DNA from: Nemertoderma westbladi
Lineage: Eukaryota; Animalia; Xenacoelomorpha
Assembly: GCA_032718475.1 (NCBI GenBank)
Contig: JAUCBJ010006829.1
Location: forward strand, 1 to 64,000
Reading direction: 5' to 3'
Length of the DNA stretch: 64,000 nt
A program made the translations under genes and the position numbers. The notes under the pieces are model-generated. The model was not told the DNA's origin, did not search any database, and saw only the letters and a program-made list of their open reading frames with translations. Of this stretch, positions 12,491 through 26,171 are shown in pieces; the stretch's first letter is position 1, and each line of letters opens with the position of its first letter.

Positions 12491-13373
12491 TGGACTTCAG
12501 CAGAGCAAAATCATCATTAACTGAAGAACTGTTAAAAAGTTACTGAATTATTTCTTTTATCATTAAATTTATTCAATATATATATTTATATATATATATA
12601 CACAAAATGTAGCAGAACCGTCACTAATATATATTTCAAAGACATACATATGGTTTTATATTAACATTTCTTATATTTTAATTTTATTATCTAATACATT
12701 TTATTTAACTATTTTATTATTAAATAAATCAAAATGTCTAACATTGGAAACAAATTGCTTTTTGCAAATCATCATGGTTCGGCTGCTATGGTCAATATAC
12801 ATATAATTTTTGTATTCTGAAACTGAATATACAAAAACCCTTCAGTTAATGGGAAGATTTGACGGCTATGCTACTTTGGGAGTGGTGATGGTAGCATTTC
12901 GAGATATCTTTAAAAACACAGATTATTTCTATATATAGAATTTGTACATATAGCGAATATGCAAACCGCTATAAAATGCTACATTTTGTTATCCTTAATT
13001 ATATTAAATAATACTGTAGCCCATTAGTAGCAAAGTGAAATTACTATATGGAATTTAGTGATATCTGAAAATGTAAGGAAACATATGTAAGACTGCTATT
13101 GAGAAATATATAATGTAGTAGAATAATTGGGGGTCCCTAGCTTCTGTATGTAGGACGTAGAAGGCCACTGTTATTATAGTAGTAGAGTACCGCCGTGCTA
13201 TTTCAGTATTTAGTCTGTGCGATTTTGTGCTAGTTTTATTCTGCAATTTACAATCATTACAAATTAGGCCACTTATTTTCGTATTTCGATAGAACTATGT
13301 GTAGTATGCATTGATAATGACGCAAATTACGAAATCTATCTATCGAAATCTATCTAAAATTATTCGAAATATA

Positions 13374-13998
13374 TCCATCCAACATCCATGATGGATCCGT
13401 CCAACATCCATGACGGATCCATCCAACATCCATGACGGATCCGTCCAACATCCATGATGGATCCGTCCAACATCCATGACGGATCCGTCCAACATCCATG
13501 ACGGATCCGTCCAACATCCATGATGGATCCGTCCAACATCCATGATGGATCCGTCCAACATCCATGACGGATCCGTCCAACTTCCTTGATGGACCCGTCC
13601 AACATCCATGATGGATCCGTCCAACATCCATGACGGATCCATCCAACATCCTTGACGGATCCGTCCAATATCCATGATGGATCCGTCCAACATCCATGAC
13701 GGATCCATCCAACATCCATGACGGATCCGTCCAATATCCATGATGGATCCGTCCAACATCCATGACGGATCCGTCCAACATCCATGATGGATCCGTCCAA
13801 CATCCATGACGGATCCGTCCAACATCCATGATGGATCCGTCCAACATCCATGACGGATCCGTCCAACATCCATGACGGATCCGTCCAACATCCATGACGG
13901 ATCCGTCCAACATCCGTGATGGATCCGTCCAACATCCATGACGAATCCGTCCAACATCCATGACGGATCCGTCCAACATCCATGATGGATCCGTCCAA
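13374..13998. repeat. 22-bp minisatellite GGATCCGTCCAACATCCATGA(C/T), about 28 copies
   Basis: Direct tandem repeat; the 22-aa periodicity in all three minus-strand ORFs equals three 22-bp units. Confidence 0.95.
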
Positions 13999-14852
13999 TA
14001 TAAAATCTCTGACTTTAAGTCTTATAAATCTCAGTCTGTCTGTCTCGCGATACAATAATAGAAAGCTAACTTGAGCAACGTCACTATCTCGTCATATTTT
14101 AAGTATTTGTTTGCGTGAATCGAATGTGGTCAAAGTGGATTATTTTGCATCGTTTTAGGCCAAAATATATTACTGGTCAGCAATCAGGACTCAGGCGACT
14201 TTGTAACTGCAGTTTCACCATTAGACTAAGACTAAGGCTGTTCTAACTGAAACTTTGCAGGTATGTATGTATGTATGTACCACAGAGATCTTACGCTGCC
14301 TGTTTGAGTGAGAGGACGCCGACCAGCCTACAGTTCTTCAATCTGCTGCTTGGGTGTGTAATCTCTGAGAGTGAAACCATTCCCATCACCAATTTTATTG
14401 TTTTTGAGCTGATACTGGGGAAATATCTACTACAAGATTGGATTCGTGTTTGGGAGGAAGCTGAAGTTCTCTAGTCTACCGGTAGTAGGTGGAATGTCTG
14501 AAGGTGAAAAAGTCCTGCGTTTTTGTTGTTTTTAATCTTTTCGAGCTGATGCATGGCATATATACAGTAGATTACACCACAGGCGGTTGCGTGTTTGGGA
14601 GGACGTATATTATTCGGCAGTTCACCAGCCTGTCGCTAAGGGTCGACATGCCTGAAAGTGAAAACCGTAAATACTAATCAAATTATACACCAGAAAAGAG
14701 GGTGTTTATCCCCCCCCCCCTACTTATCTGACCTGTTTCGAAACAGATAGAGTAATTGTAATTAATTCGTGTTACTTAAAACAGTTATCGTAAAAAAAAT
14801 ATATTTGTATTTCGCTTCTAATATAAGCCAATGTATAGTATTGTTGCTGGAT

Positions 14853-17800
14853 CGCTTTCCCAAATAAGTATTAGTCAATAACGCTAAATAAAACAACAGG
14901 GTAGCATTTTGCGACGGTTTGTGTTTTAAACATATATATAAATTATAAATATATTGAAACACAAAATGTAACATACATGTCAGCTACTCTTACAAGCCAT
15001 ATTATTTTCACGAAAAATTTCACAAAAATAACATCCTGATAATTTTAAATCAACCCCATCTATTATAACGGTTATTAAGGTGTATGAATATTAAGTCTTG
15101 TTAATTTTCCAATGTATTTCAATAGTAAAATAATTAAAATATTTAAATTTCAAAAACTATCAAAAAGATAACTTCCCCTTTATTTTAAAATATATTTTAA
15201 GTGGATTTATAAGTTTAATATATGGGAGAATCAAAGCTAAAAATTACTTATCACTTATCACTTAACGATTAATATTATTAAATTTTGCATATGTAGATTC
15301 AAAATACAAAGGTAGCAGTACCGACAATATATAACAATTTCCCAGGTTGCGGATCAGGATGTGATTGTGAGTTGTCTGCTTAGGCGACTGTGTATTACAT
15401 TAGACGGCAGTTTGTTTGGTTGATGTAAGTCATTATTGGTTTTTATCCTCCAATCCCATCTGTTTCGTGGAGTCTGTGTGATGCATGTTCGTTACGGCGG
15501 CGGCGACAGAATCCATATGCTGAGAGGTCAGCCTCCGGGCCGCTCAGTATACGTGCGTATACGTTTATTCCAAACACTCAATCGAAGAAATTATCTTTAG
15601 TTTAAAATTATTATTAAAAATATGAAGAAATTATCGGGAGGGAGTGGGCCATCACGCTGTTGAACTACAGAACTGTTCTGTAGTTCGCGAGAAATCGTAG
15701 ATAAATTGTTACAATTTATCTACGATTTCTCGCGAACTCTTCCAGTTTCTCGAACTCTTACAATTTGCTGTGCGCGATATAGCGCTCTCTAACAGCGGAG
15801 GAACTCAGTCAGTCAGTTGTTTACTTCAGTTGTTCTTCTCACCGGAGCTGATGTTTCCTTTACCAACTTCGATTCTAAGACGCCAAGACCACATTTTTTT
15901 TGATAGCGAAGTCTTATTCAGGGAACGGCAGGTCGTAGAAGAATCGTAATCAGATGTCTCGAAACAGTTGAAAAGTTCAGCATTGGGTATGGGTATTCCG
16001 AGTGTGTTTCGCCAGAGCGAAAGGCAGATTGTAAGTGAATCTCACATTAAAGTAGCGCCAAAAGTGCCTTCAGTGATCGCCTGCGCTTCAACATCGACAA
16101 TGTACTACAGTAGGCCTACTACCAACAAACTGTAAATAAAAAAACTAATACCAACTCAAGCCCATCTGTTGATGTGTGGTAGTGGTAGTAGAGGAGAGGC
16201 TACTACTGCTGTACTGCATTTGGTAGGCCTAACAGGTTGTTTATTTATTCGAGTTTATTATGACTGTATGTGGTTGCTTGTCAACGAACAATTGGACAGA
16301 ATGCACAATACAATGCATAACACATAAGGTGTACGTAGGCCCTACACCTTGATAACACAATACAATGAGTCAACCCACCTTTCCTTAAATGTCTTATACG
16401 CCAACCATTTAATAGACGTCTGGTCTCGCCCAATCAGAGAACAGTAAATAAGCTGCATTTAATTAACCAAATGCTGTTATGTGGTGTGTAGTAAGAAAAA
16501 TATTAGCTTGGGAAAGGAATTTATTAGCACGTAATGTAAATATTGTACTTAAATATTATTTGTAACAGCTTCATATTAGATTACTAATTATTTATTATTA
16601 ATATTATTATTAAAATATGTTTGCAATCAATTTGCACCATTAAATCAAACATATACATTGGCGCAAGTAGTCCTCATTTATATTTATATCTTGTTGCAAT
16701 GTTAAATTATCTACTAGGGAAAAGAGCGGGTTGCAGTGATGCGTTATTCTAACCAATACAATAAACTAAAGTCATTAGTACAGGTGACAGTTTTAATTTT
16801 GGGAGTAATCAGCGCCGATTTTCCACTAGGAGGAGGGATGATTTCTGTCGTCGCGTCGAAAGTCTGCCGTATCTGAATTATTATGAATTAATTATTTCGT
16901 TCTAGAGTAAGTTTAATAATATATACAATGTACAATTAGCCATTGTCAGCTGCCAGCCAACCTTTATACAATCAAAATATAAACGTTTTAAAAGAAAATA
17001 AATAAAAGTTAAAACAACTATTATTTAACCTGTTGGAAGTGGAATTATCAGCTTCAGAGAGGACCACGTCTGTAAAGAAAACCACGAAGTTTCTCCGCGG
17101 TTCGAGAGCTGATCTTCGAGAGCAATATCGCGCACAGTAAACTGTCACAGAAAATGAAAGAGTTCGCGAGAAATCGTAGAGAAATCGATCTGTAGTTCAC
17201 ACCAGTGTGGTCAAATCAATCCCTTGCAATAGAATCCAAGTTTGGAATAAAATAATTGATCTTTGTTGCCAATTAATAATATAATAATTGACTTTATTGC
17301 TTGATATACAAAGACGATATACAATTCGTAGTCATGTAAATTGTTTAATATTTTTGTTTGCAAATCATATTACAGTATACTGTATATTTCGCATACCCAC
17401 CCATTAATTGTTTTATTGAGAAGAATTAATATCTATTTAATTAAAACTGCATGTTTTCTTAATTAAATTAATTAAATTTAATTAATTTAATTAATTAAAT
17501 TATGAATAAATCAATTATAAATTGTTAAATAGTGACGGTATTGCTACCTTTGTATTTTGAATCTACATATGGAAAATTTAATAATATTAAACGTTAAGTG
17601 GGTTGATAAGTAATTCTTTGCTTTGATTCTCCTATGCATTCAACTTATGAATCCACTTAAATTATCTTTTAAAATAAAGGGGAAGTTATGTTTTTGATAA
17701 TTTTTGAAATTTTGATTTTTGAATAATTTTGCTACTGAAATACATTGAAAAGCTGCGGAACTTATATATTCATACACCTTAATAACCGTTATAATAGATG

Positions 17801-18004
17801 GGGTTGATTTAAAATGATCAGGATGTTATTTTTGTGAAATTTTTCGTGAAAATAATATGGCTTGTAAGAGTAGCTGACATGTATGTTACATTTTGTGTTT
17901 CAATATATGTATAATTTATATATATGTTTAAAACACAAACCGTCGCAAAATGCTACTTTATTGTTTTATTTAGCGTTATTGACTAATACTTATTTGAGAA
18001 AGCG
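14853..18004. mobile_element. Long-TIR (foldback-like) non-autonomous DNA element, ~490-bp arms
   Basis: 14853-15340 is the reverse complement of 17519-18004. An inner inverted pair lies at ~15661-15790 / 17115-17200. No TSD or transposase was recognised. Confidence 0.75.
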
Positions 18005-18639
18005 GTTTTGTTGATTCACGTGAATCAAATACATGCCAGGCATCAGTATAATGTGCAATGGTAAATTGTGCCAGACACAGAAGCATAAGGGGCGAGTCAT
18101 GCGTTAGTGTAAGCCTTCAGGGTATGGCTATCAGTAAATTTAATTCATCTCGATGTAGCTCTTCTCTCTTTCAGTTTGTCTTACCTTTTTTTATTATGGG
18201 TAAACTGGATAGCTACTACTGGCGTTCCGTACTTTACGATATCAAGGAAAGCAATTACCTTCTATACACCATTGCCATATCCCCAGATTTTCATACTTCA
18301 ATAATAAATTGGCTGTTTGAGTAAATAAATAATTTGAATATGACTTGAATAATTTAATAGAAAGTAGCGTTGATTTTCTAATAGCAGTTAGAGATGTAAA
18401 ACGTTTTATGCTTTAAATTAATAAACAACAATTTAGGAAATTATCATGAAACTGAAAGAAATACCTATTAAATACATAATCTGAAAATTTACTTCTGGAA
18501 AAATTATAAAATATTAATGTTTCAGAATAATAGCTTCTGTTACATTTTTATGGTTAATATGTTTCCACGGGGAAAAATAATACTATTTCTATAAAAACGT
18601 TGTGATAATAAATTGTTAGATTTCGAATAAATCAATTAA

Positions 18640-19085
18640 TATTTGTTAAATAATGACGGTACTGCTACCTTTGTATTTTGAATCTACATATGCAAAATTT
18701 AATAACAAGAACCGCTATCTGCATTGATAAATAATTTTTAGCATTGATTCTTCCATATATTAAACATATAAATCCACTTAAATTATCTTTTAAAATAAAA
18801 GTGTAAGTCATTTTTCGATAATTTTAGAAATTACATTTTTTTAATTATTTTACCATTTAAATACATAGTAAATTAACAAAACTTAATATCCGCACAACTT
18901 AATATGTCTTCTAAGAGATGCGCTTGTTTTTAAATTTTCAGGATGCCCAATTTCTGTAAATTTTTGTCAGAATAGTACGGCTTGTATGAATAGCTGACCC
19001 CTATGTTACATTTTGTGTCTCACTATATGTATAATTTATATATATGTTTACAATACAAACCGTCACAAAGTGCTACCTTATTTTC
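18640..19085. repeat. Diverged third copy of the long-TIR arm (same orientation as the right arm)
   Basis: tgacggtactgctacctttgtattttgaatctacatatg...acaaaccgtcacaaagtgctac aligns with 17530-17960. Confidence 0.8.
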
Positions 19086-20542
19086 AAATTATATTTAGCA
19101 TATGGGACTATGATGTAAGTCACTCTTCTATAACGTTTAGTAAGCATAAAATCCTTGTGCGATGTCCGCCTATCTGTCTAATTCAATGTTTCAACATCAA
19201 TATTACAGCAATTATTTTTTTTATCTGTGCTCATGGATGAGAAAGATGTTCGGTAGATGACCCCCGCATCCGCAAAATGAAAGCATCCTTAAAGCTCTTT
19301 AAATGGCAGCTTTTCCGTGCAGCTGTGGAGGAAATTACAACTAGTAATTTTGCGGCTCTATGGCAATCCTTGCTGGGCTCTTGCAGATTTACAGATGCTC
19401 CTCTTAGATATTGTAGCTGAAAACAGAACCTTGAATTGGAAAAAAAAATGCAGTACCAAACCAAATACTACATCATTTTGAATATGCCACGCAACCCGCA
19501 ATAGTAAATGCGGTCCATTTTCATGAGATTTCACTCTCTCTTTGGCACAAATTAATCCTAAATTAATGTAATTATTAATTAATACATAGATATTTTTATG
19601 AGAACCGATATTAATTGACTGTTTTCATTATACCTGTATTATAAAGTAGCACTTTACTTAGTCCTTTTCCAAGTGATCCAGAGATCGATAGTGGTAAAGT
19701 ACAGTAGGCCTACATATAACAACTAGGTATAATTAGTCAGAAACTACATGAGTTACTTAGCGAGGTAACCAAATGGTAAAGCCATGTAAAGAAGATTCAG
19801 GTTTAGGTTCAGTTTCATTGTAAAGCTCCCTAGCAATGTATCGTCTCTCTTGAATTTACAAATATATTATATTAGGCCAGTGCTACTCTTGTGCTACTGT
19901 ACAAGTAGTGCTATATAACAACAACAATTCATTGTTAACACTAACGGCGCTAAGTAAAGTTAAAATTTTTATTACTTAAATGAAGTAAAAGTAAATTAAT
20001 TTAAAAATTCGACAATGAAACTACACACTGTGTAATCTACCTGTTTAGTGTTTATATCGTCGGTGATATGGCGAACAGCCAAAGTGCCATTTTGGCTAAA
20101 ATGAGGTTTTAACTGAAATTTGTACTAGAGTACCTTAGGGAGGTGTGATATAAACGCCAAAGTGATACTCACATCCACTGCTTCAGAAAAGAGATGTGTC
20201 TTAGCCAAAGTGAGAATTGCAAATTAAGAGTAGGAGTTGTGGTAAAAACGCCAATCGCTTCTGTCATGTTACTGTACAAGTGTATTTTTTGCTAAGAAAG
20301 CCCAAACTTGGTATGGCAAAAAAGCCAAAGCGATGACTTAACATAGTTTGCCAGTGTAGGCCTATATTCCGGCTGTAGTCCGGAGAATAAATGGTTGGCT
20401 AAACTTTCAGTTTGTATTGAAATTCATTATAAAACATCATACTGGCTGCTACAATTCCATTGTAGCATTTAGCTCGTGTTCCAGTAGCTATTATTAGTTT
20501 GTTTGTTGGTGGCTGAATGCCTGGGTTTGTGGCTAGTTTGTA

Positions 20543-21263
20543 ACATGGTGTAACTAGAGAAACATGGTGTAACTAGAGAAACATGGTGTAACTAGAGAAA
20601 CATGGTGTAACTAGAGAAACATGGTGTAACTAGAGAAACATGGTGTAACTAGAGAAACATGGTGTAACTAGAGAAACATGGTGTAACTAGAGAAACATGG
20701 TGTAACTAGAGAAACATGGTGTAACTAGAGAAACATGGTGTAACTAGAGAAACATGGTGTAACTAGAGAAACATGGTGTAACTAGAGAAACATGGTGTAA
20801 CTACAGAAACATGGTGTAACTAGAGAAACATTATGTAACTTGAGAAACATGGTGTAACTAGAGAAACATGGTGTAACTAGAGAAACATGGTGTAACTAGA
20901 GAAACATGGTGTAACTAAAGAAACATGTTGTAACTAGAGAAACATGGTGAAACTAGTGCAACATGGTGAAACTAGTGTAAAATTGTGTAACCAGTGTAAA
21001 ATGGTGTAACTAGTGTAAAATGGTGTAACTAGTGTAACATGGTGTAACTAGTGTAACATGGTGTAACTAGTGTAAAATGGTGTAACTAGAGAAACATGGT
21101 GAAACTAGTGCAACATGGTGTAACTAGTGTAAAATGGTGTAACCAGTGTAAAATGGTGTAACTAGTATAAAATGGTGTAACTAGTGTAAAATGGTGTATC
21201 TAGTGTAACATGGTATAACTAGTGTAACATGGTGTAACTAGTGTAAAATGGTGTAACTAGTGC
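20543..21263. repeat. 19-bp minisatellite CATGGTGTAACTAGAGAAA, about 38 copies, grading into a -TAGTGTAA- variant
   Basis: Direct tandem repeat, homogeneous in the left half and variant in the right half. Confidence 0.95.
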
Positions 21264-22384
21264 AATGAAAAAAGAATTAGTGTATGAAAAAAGAATTATT
21301 TTCTGAAATATCATCTTCATGCTGCAATTTTTGCAAAAATTAAACACAAAAATGTGATTATCTCGAAATTATATTTTTGCACCTTAGTTGATTTTCCATA
21401 TCACAGCACCGACGATATTATTGCACGCTTCACTATGAAATCCTCGTTTCACTTGGATTTTAAAACAACTTCCACTTGAATTTATTTCTAGATTACTCTA
21501 CATGAAATAAAAATGTTAATTAAAAGGTCAGTTTCTTCAAGCACTACTTCTTACAATACAGCTCATAGATTCGGAATAAATACTTTGCAGCTATTTGTAA
21601 TATTCCTAGTAATTTAAGGGACAAGCTTGTTTTAAATTAATCAGAAACAATATTTTTGGAAAATTTTGCACAAAATTCCGTACGCAAGTAGCTTGTTTTA
21701 GTTGTTTTCATGTAATAATTCAAATTGCAAGAATACAAACCGACAAAAAAAGCTACGCAACATTTGGGCTTGTATACCTGTTAGTTAGTTACTTAATTAC
21801 TCGATTATATGATTACTAATTAGCTTTATTATCCAGCTTGTATAACCATATCGAAATTTAATTGTTATGCGTTATTGTATCACGCTAAATGGTGTTATCA
21901 ACTAGCTTGTCAGATTATGGTAGCATTGTAGCCACTTTGTCACCATTGCTACCTAAGTAGCAAGGGTGCCACTCATGGTAGCTGAACCGACAGTTTCATA
22001 TTCTGCATAGGTAGCAAGGACGCCAGTCCCTTTTTAGTGAGAATGGCGTCCTTGCTACGTTTTGTGTCCATATATATATTACATATTTTATAATTAATAT
22101 TCAAATATTTATTTCTATATTATATATTATACATTGTATATCGTTATTATATTAAACATAACATATCATTATTATAATTATAATTATATATTATTACATA
22201 TTACATATTATATATTTTATATCATTATTATATATATATATTTATATTTTATATCATTATTATATATATATTTGTATTTCATATCATTATTACATTTATA
22301 AAATTATTTTCTATGTTCAATATTTATTTATGTATCTAATATGATAATAATAATGGATGATAATAAAGATATTATTAATAACAA

Positions 22385-22674
22385 TCATTTCGAACTCCGA
22401 CAACTTAAAGTTTGCTTGAAGCCTTTCCTCATTTCTGGCATTTGTATCCAATACACAAAGAAATTAATTCCAGAATTGCAACAAAGTAAAACATAGAGAT
22501 ATGGGCTAAGGAGATAATATGTTTCTTCTATTGATTCGCCCCCAACATTGAAGTTAAATATGATGACTCTGGTGATGAGTGGGATAATTACCAGAACGAG
22601 ATTGAAGATGACAAGTATTGACATGAGCTTGGTGACACGAAGTTGTGCTCGGTACCTCGCCTCTGCTGCTTCTC
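22385..22674 (-). CDS. Class A (rhodopsin-like) GPCR, last coding exon (ICL3, TM6, TM7, helix 8)
   Basis: EAAEARYRAQLRVTKLMSILVIFNLVLVIIPL...CCNSGINFFVYWIQMPEMRKGF..*, with an NSxxNxxxY TM7 motif; acceptor ccttttactcctacAG, phase 1, matching the upstream donor. Confidence 0.85.
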
Positions 22675-23489
22675 CTGTAGGAGTAAAAGGAGATTGAGTG
22701 AGTTGGAGCACGTTATTTCAGTGCGGTATATCAGTACGGTATTTTGTAAGGTATTTCAGTACGATATTTCAGTTTTTTTAGTGAAATCTCCATTATTATA
22801 TTTATAAATACAGTATGACATGTATGACGGTATTTCAGTACGATATTTCAGTACGGTAGTTCAGTACGGTATTACAGTACGGTATTTCAGTACCGGATTT
22901 TACTTAGAATGTTTCAGTTAGAGTATTTCAGTATGGTTTTTCAGTATGGTATTTCAGTATGGTATTTCAGTATGGCATTTCAGTATGGTATTTCAGTACG
23001 TTATTTCAGTACATTATTTTAGTACAGCATTTCAGTATGGTATTTTAGTACTGTATTTTAGTACGGTATTTTAGTACAGTATTTCAGTACAGTATTTCAG
23101 TATGGTATTTCAGTACGGTATTTCAGTACGGTATATTTTAGTACTGTATTTCAGTATGGTATTTTAGTACTGTATTTTAGTACGGTATTTCAGTACATTA
23201 TTTTAGTACAGCATTTCAGTATGGTATTTTAGTACTGTATTTCAGTACGGTATTTTAGTACGGTATTTTAGTACGGTATTTCAGTACGGTATTTCAGTAC
23301 ATTATTTTAGTACAATATTTCAGTATGGTATTTTAATACTGTATTATAGTACGGTATTTTAGTACAGTATTTCAGTACAGTATTTCAGTATGGTATTTCA
23401 GTACGGTATTTCAGTACGGTATTTTAGTACAGTATTACAGTACGGTATTTTAGTACTGTATTTTAGTACGGTATTTCAGTACGCTATTT

Positions 23490-23490
<1 letters not shown>

Positions 23491-23521
<31 letters not shown>

Positions 23522-24681
23522 GAAAATAATCCATTAACATTGTAACTACGTAGCCTAATGCAAGAGTAGTATTCGTCACCACCCGTCACCAAGCAACAGT
23601 ACCGCACTTTGTACAGTTAGGCCTACTGCAGTACTGTTTGGATCAAGCTGCCCACAGTTTACGATTGAACCGGAATTGCGGTTGCTGTGTCAGCATTTGA
23701 CAGCGTGATGGAGGTCTCCGCAATTTCGTGGTGAACCGGACGTCTGCTTGAGGAGCGGGACCCACGAAGGCACATTAGAGAAGATCTCAGAAGAGAGAAA
23801 CTCAGTTGCCTCCGCGTCCATGACACACATTCCGGGTAGCTGATTCCACGTTTGTCCGCAATCTTTAGGGACAACCGCTTCACGAACTGCTGTGTTGTCG
23901 GCGCCATCCCTCCAAATGCAGAGAATATGAGGGGTGTAAAAGTCGATAACTCGACTTCACGGATACGCTCCTCATATTTTAGCTGCTTCCGTCGCTCGTG
24001 GTATTGATGGGCTTCCTCTAACTTCATTGCCGCATTGGTTTCTGCCAGCGGGTTAAATACGGAAACATCGATAAAAGTTTTCTGATAGCGACTACCCCAA
24101 AACCCCGATACCGATACGTCGAGTCTGGCCTGCTGATCTGTTGTTGTAGAACGGTAGTTGAACGTTTCTCCCGTTAGCGTTTGCAATACCGGTTCGACCG
24201 CTACGTTGTGGGCCACCTCGGAAAGCGCGTTGGCAATGAAATCCCTAATCTCGTTGTGCCGTATTGAAGGATATCCTCCAGTGGGGCACGAAAGGACGTG
24301 TGTTGCAGAAAATCGCACACCGCAGACACAACGAGAGGGGAGAGATTTCGGTTGCCACCCATACCGGAGACACACTGCATCCCGGAACTCTTCTTTCGAG
24401 AGGTGAGTATGATGTAGGGTTACTGGTTTGCAATTCAGCCAGGCTGACGCACCTTTTTCTGTTACAAGCTCGGATAGGTTCTGTTGGTATGCTGGTAGGT
24501 TATTATAAACACGTTCCGTCTTTTCTTTCAGACCAACAATTGCTTCACACTTAATCTTATGGGCGATTACCTTCTGCGCCTCCAAGATCTCCGGCATATC
24601 TTCCTCGGTTCCAGCGGTGGTAAACGGTTCACATATAAGCCGAGAGTTGGCATATTGGGATTCAAGGTCAGATGGTAACGG
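23491..24681 (-). mobile_element. 5'-truncated CRE-like non-LTR retrotransposon (CCHC + restriction-like endonuclease), copy 1
   Basis: Open frame 24681-23659 with CVCGVRFSATHVLSC, RHNEIRD, EP, RLDV, FIDVSV, K..KY and CLRGSR; 28-nt poly(A) tail (T run 23491-23518); TSD ACGCTATTTC at 23481-23490 and 24682-24691. Confidence 0.9.
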
Positions 24682-25242
24682 ACGCTATTTCAGTACATTA
24701 TTTTAGTACAATATTTCAGTAGGGTATTTCTGTACGTTATTTCAGTATGGTATTTTAGTACTGTATTTTAGTACTGTATTTTAGTACGGTATTTCAGTAC
24801 GCTATTTCAGTACATTATTTTAGTACAATATTTCAGTAGGGTATTTCTGTACGTTATTTCAGTACGGTATTTTAGTACAGTATTTCAGTACGGTATTTTA
24901 GTACTGTATTTTAGTACGGTATTTCAGTACGTTATTTCAGTACATTATTTTAGTACATTATTTCAGTACAGTATTTCAGTATGGAATTTCAGTACGGTAT
25001 ATCAGTACGGTATTTTAGTACAGTATTACAGTACATTATTTTAGTACAGTATTTCAGTATGGTATTTCAGTACGTTATTTCAGTACATTATTTTAGTACA
25101 ATATTTCAGTATGGTATTTCAGTACGGTATTTCAGTACGGTATTCTAGTACTGTATTTTAGTACGGTATTTCAGTACGTTATTTCAGTACATTATTTTAG
25201 TACATTATTTCAGTACAGTATTTCAGTATGGTATTTCAGTAC

Positions 25243-26171
25243 TAGCACACTGCTATGTTAATACTTTTATTCACAAAATCATAAAAACCTTCAGAAATAC
25301 AAACACAATTATAGGCACTATAACAAACAATTAAAAACAGTAATTAGAGAAACGCGGGAAATTTAAAAAACAATTGTACAACCACCACCAGCTGTATTTG
25401 ACGGCTGCCTAGCAACCAGATTGCTATTTCAAACAGTATGTACTGCTGTACTGTGTACTGCACTGCCTACCACTGCACTGCCATTCAGCCTGTTGGGTCC
25501 GAGTTTGCATTCGCCAGGAGAATGGACGCCTCCGCGATATTGCAGCGGACTGGGCGGCGAGAAGCTGATCTACAGCCACGCAAACAGAGCAGCGACGACC
25601 TCAGCAACGCGAAACTCAGTCGCCGGCGAACCCAGGTGATACTGTCGGAGTACCGGACCTCCCTTTTGTCTGCGATCTTGTGGGCCAGGCGAGTAACAAA
25701 CTGCGTGGCGGCTTTGGACATCCCGCCGAAAGCCGTGAAGATGAGGGGAGTGAAGTTGCCGTGTTCAACCTCCCTCACCCGCTCCTCGTACTTCCGGATC
25801 TTTCGGTCCTCGTGATGGCGATGGGCGGCATCCAAAGACATGGCGGCGTTCGTAGCGGCCAGCGGGTTAAATACTGAAACGTCGATGAAGGTCCTCTGGA
25901 AGCGGTTGCCCCAGAAGCCACTCACCGAAACGTCCAGCCGCGCCTGCTGGTCAGTCGAAGCGGATCGGAGGGCGAACTGCTCGCCTGTCAGTGGCTGGAG
26001 CATCGGCTCAACTGCCACATTGTGCGCCACCTCGGTAAGGGAATCAGCCACGAAATCGCGGATCTCGTTGTGCCTTATGGAGGGGAAACCTCCAGTAGGG
26101 CACGACAGAATATGCGAAGCGGAAAATCGCTCCCCACAGGCACAACGAGCTGGGAGATCCTTAGGGGACCA
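25243..26171 (-). mobile_element. 5'-truncated CRE-like non-LTR retrotransposon, copy 2 (different family)
   Basis: Open frame WSPKDLPARCACGERFSASHILSC...RHNEIRD...CLRGCR ending at 25485; AATAAA in the 3' UTR but no poly(A) run; possible TSD TCAGTAC; satellite on both sides. Confidence 0.9.

Noticed and set aside
13374-13998. CRISPR-like appearance of the palindromic 22-bp repeat (also considered for the 19-, 13- and 65-bp arrays and 53960-54548)
   Set aside because: There are no unique spacers and no cas genes, and the context is eukaryotic; these are plain tandem repeats.
13340-14055. Three overlapping 205-231 aa minus-strand ORFs
   Set aside because: They are a by-product of a stop-free 22-bp repeat, with no independent coding evidence.
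22011-22058. 15-bp inverted repeat GTAGCAAGGACGCCA / TGGCGTCCTTGCTAC about 330 bp past the GPCR stop
   Set aside because: The hairpin is real, but there is no evidence for function; it is probably a transposon remnant rather than a terminator.
22065-22384. Very AT-rich stretch after the GPCR stop
   Set aside because: Low-complexity (TA/TAT) sequence with no definable unit or signal.
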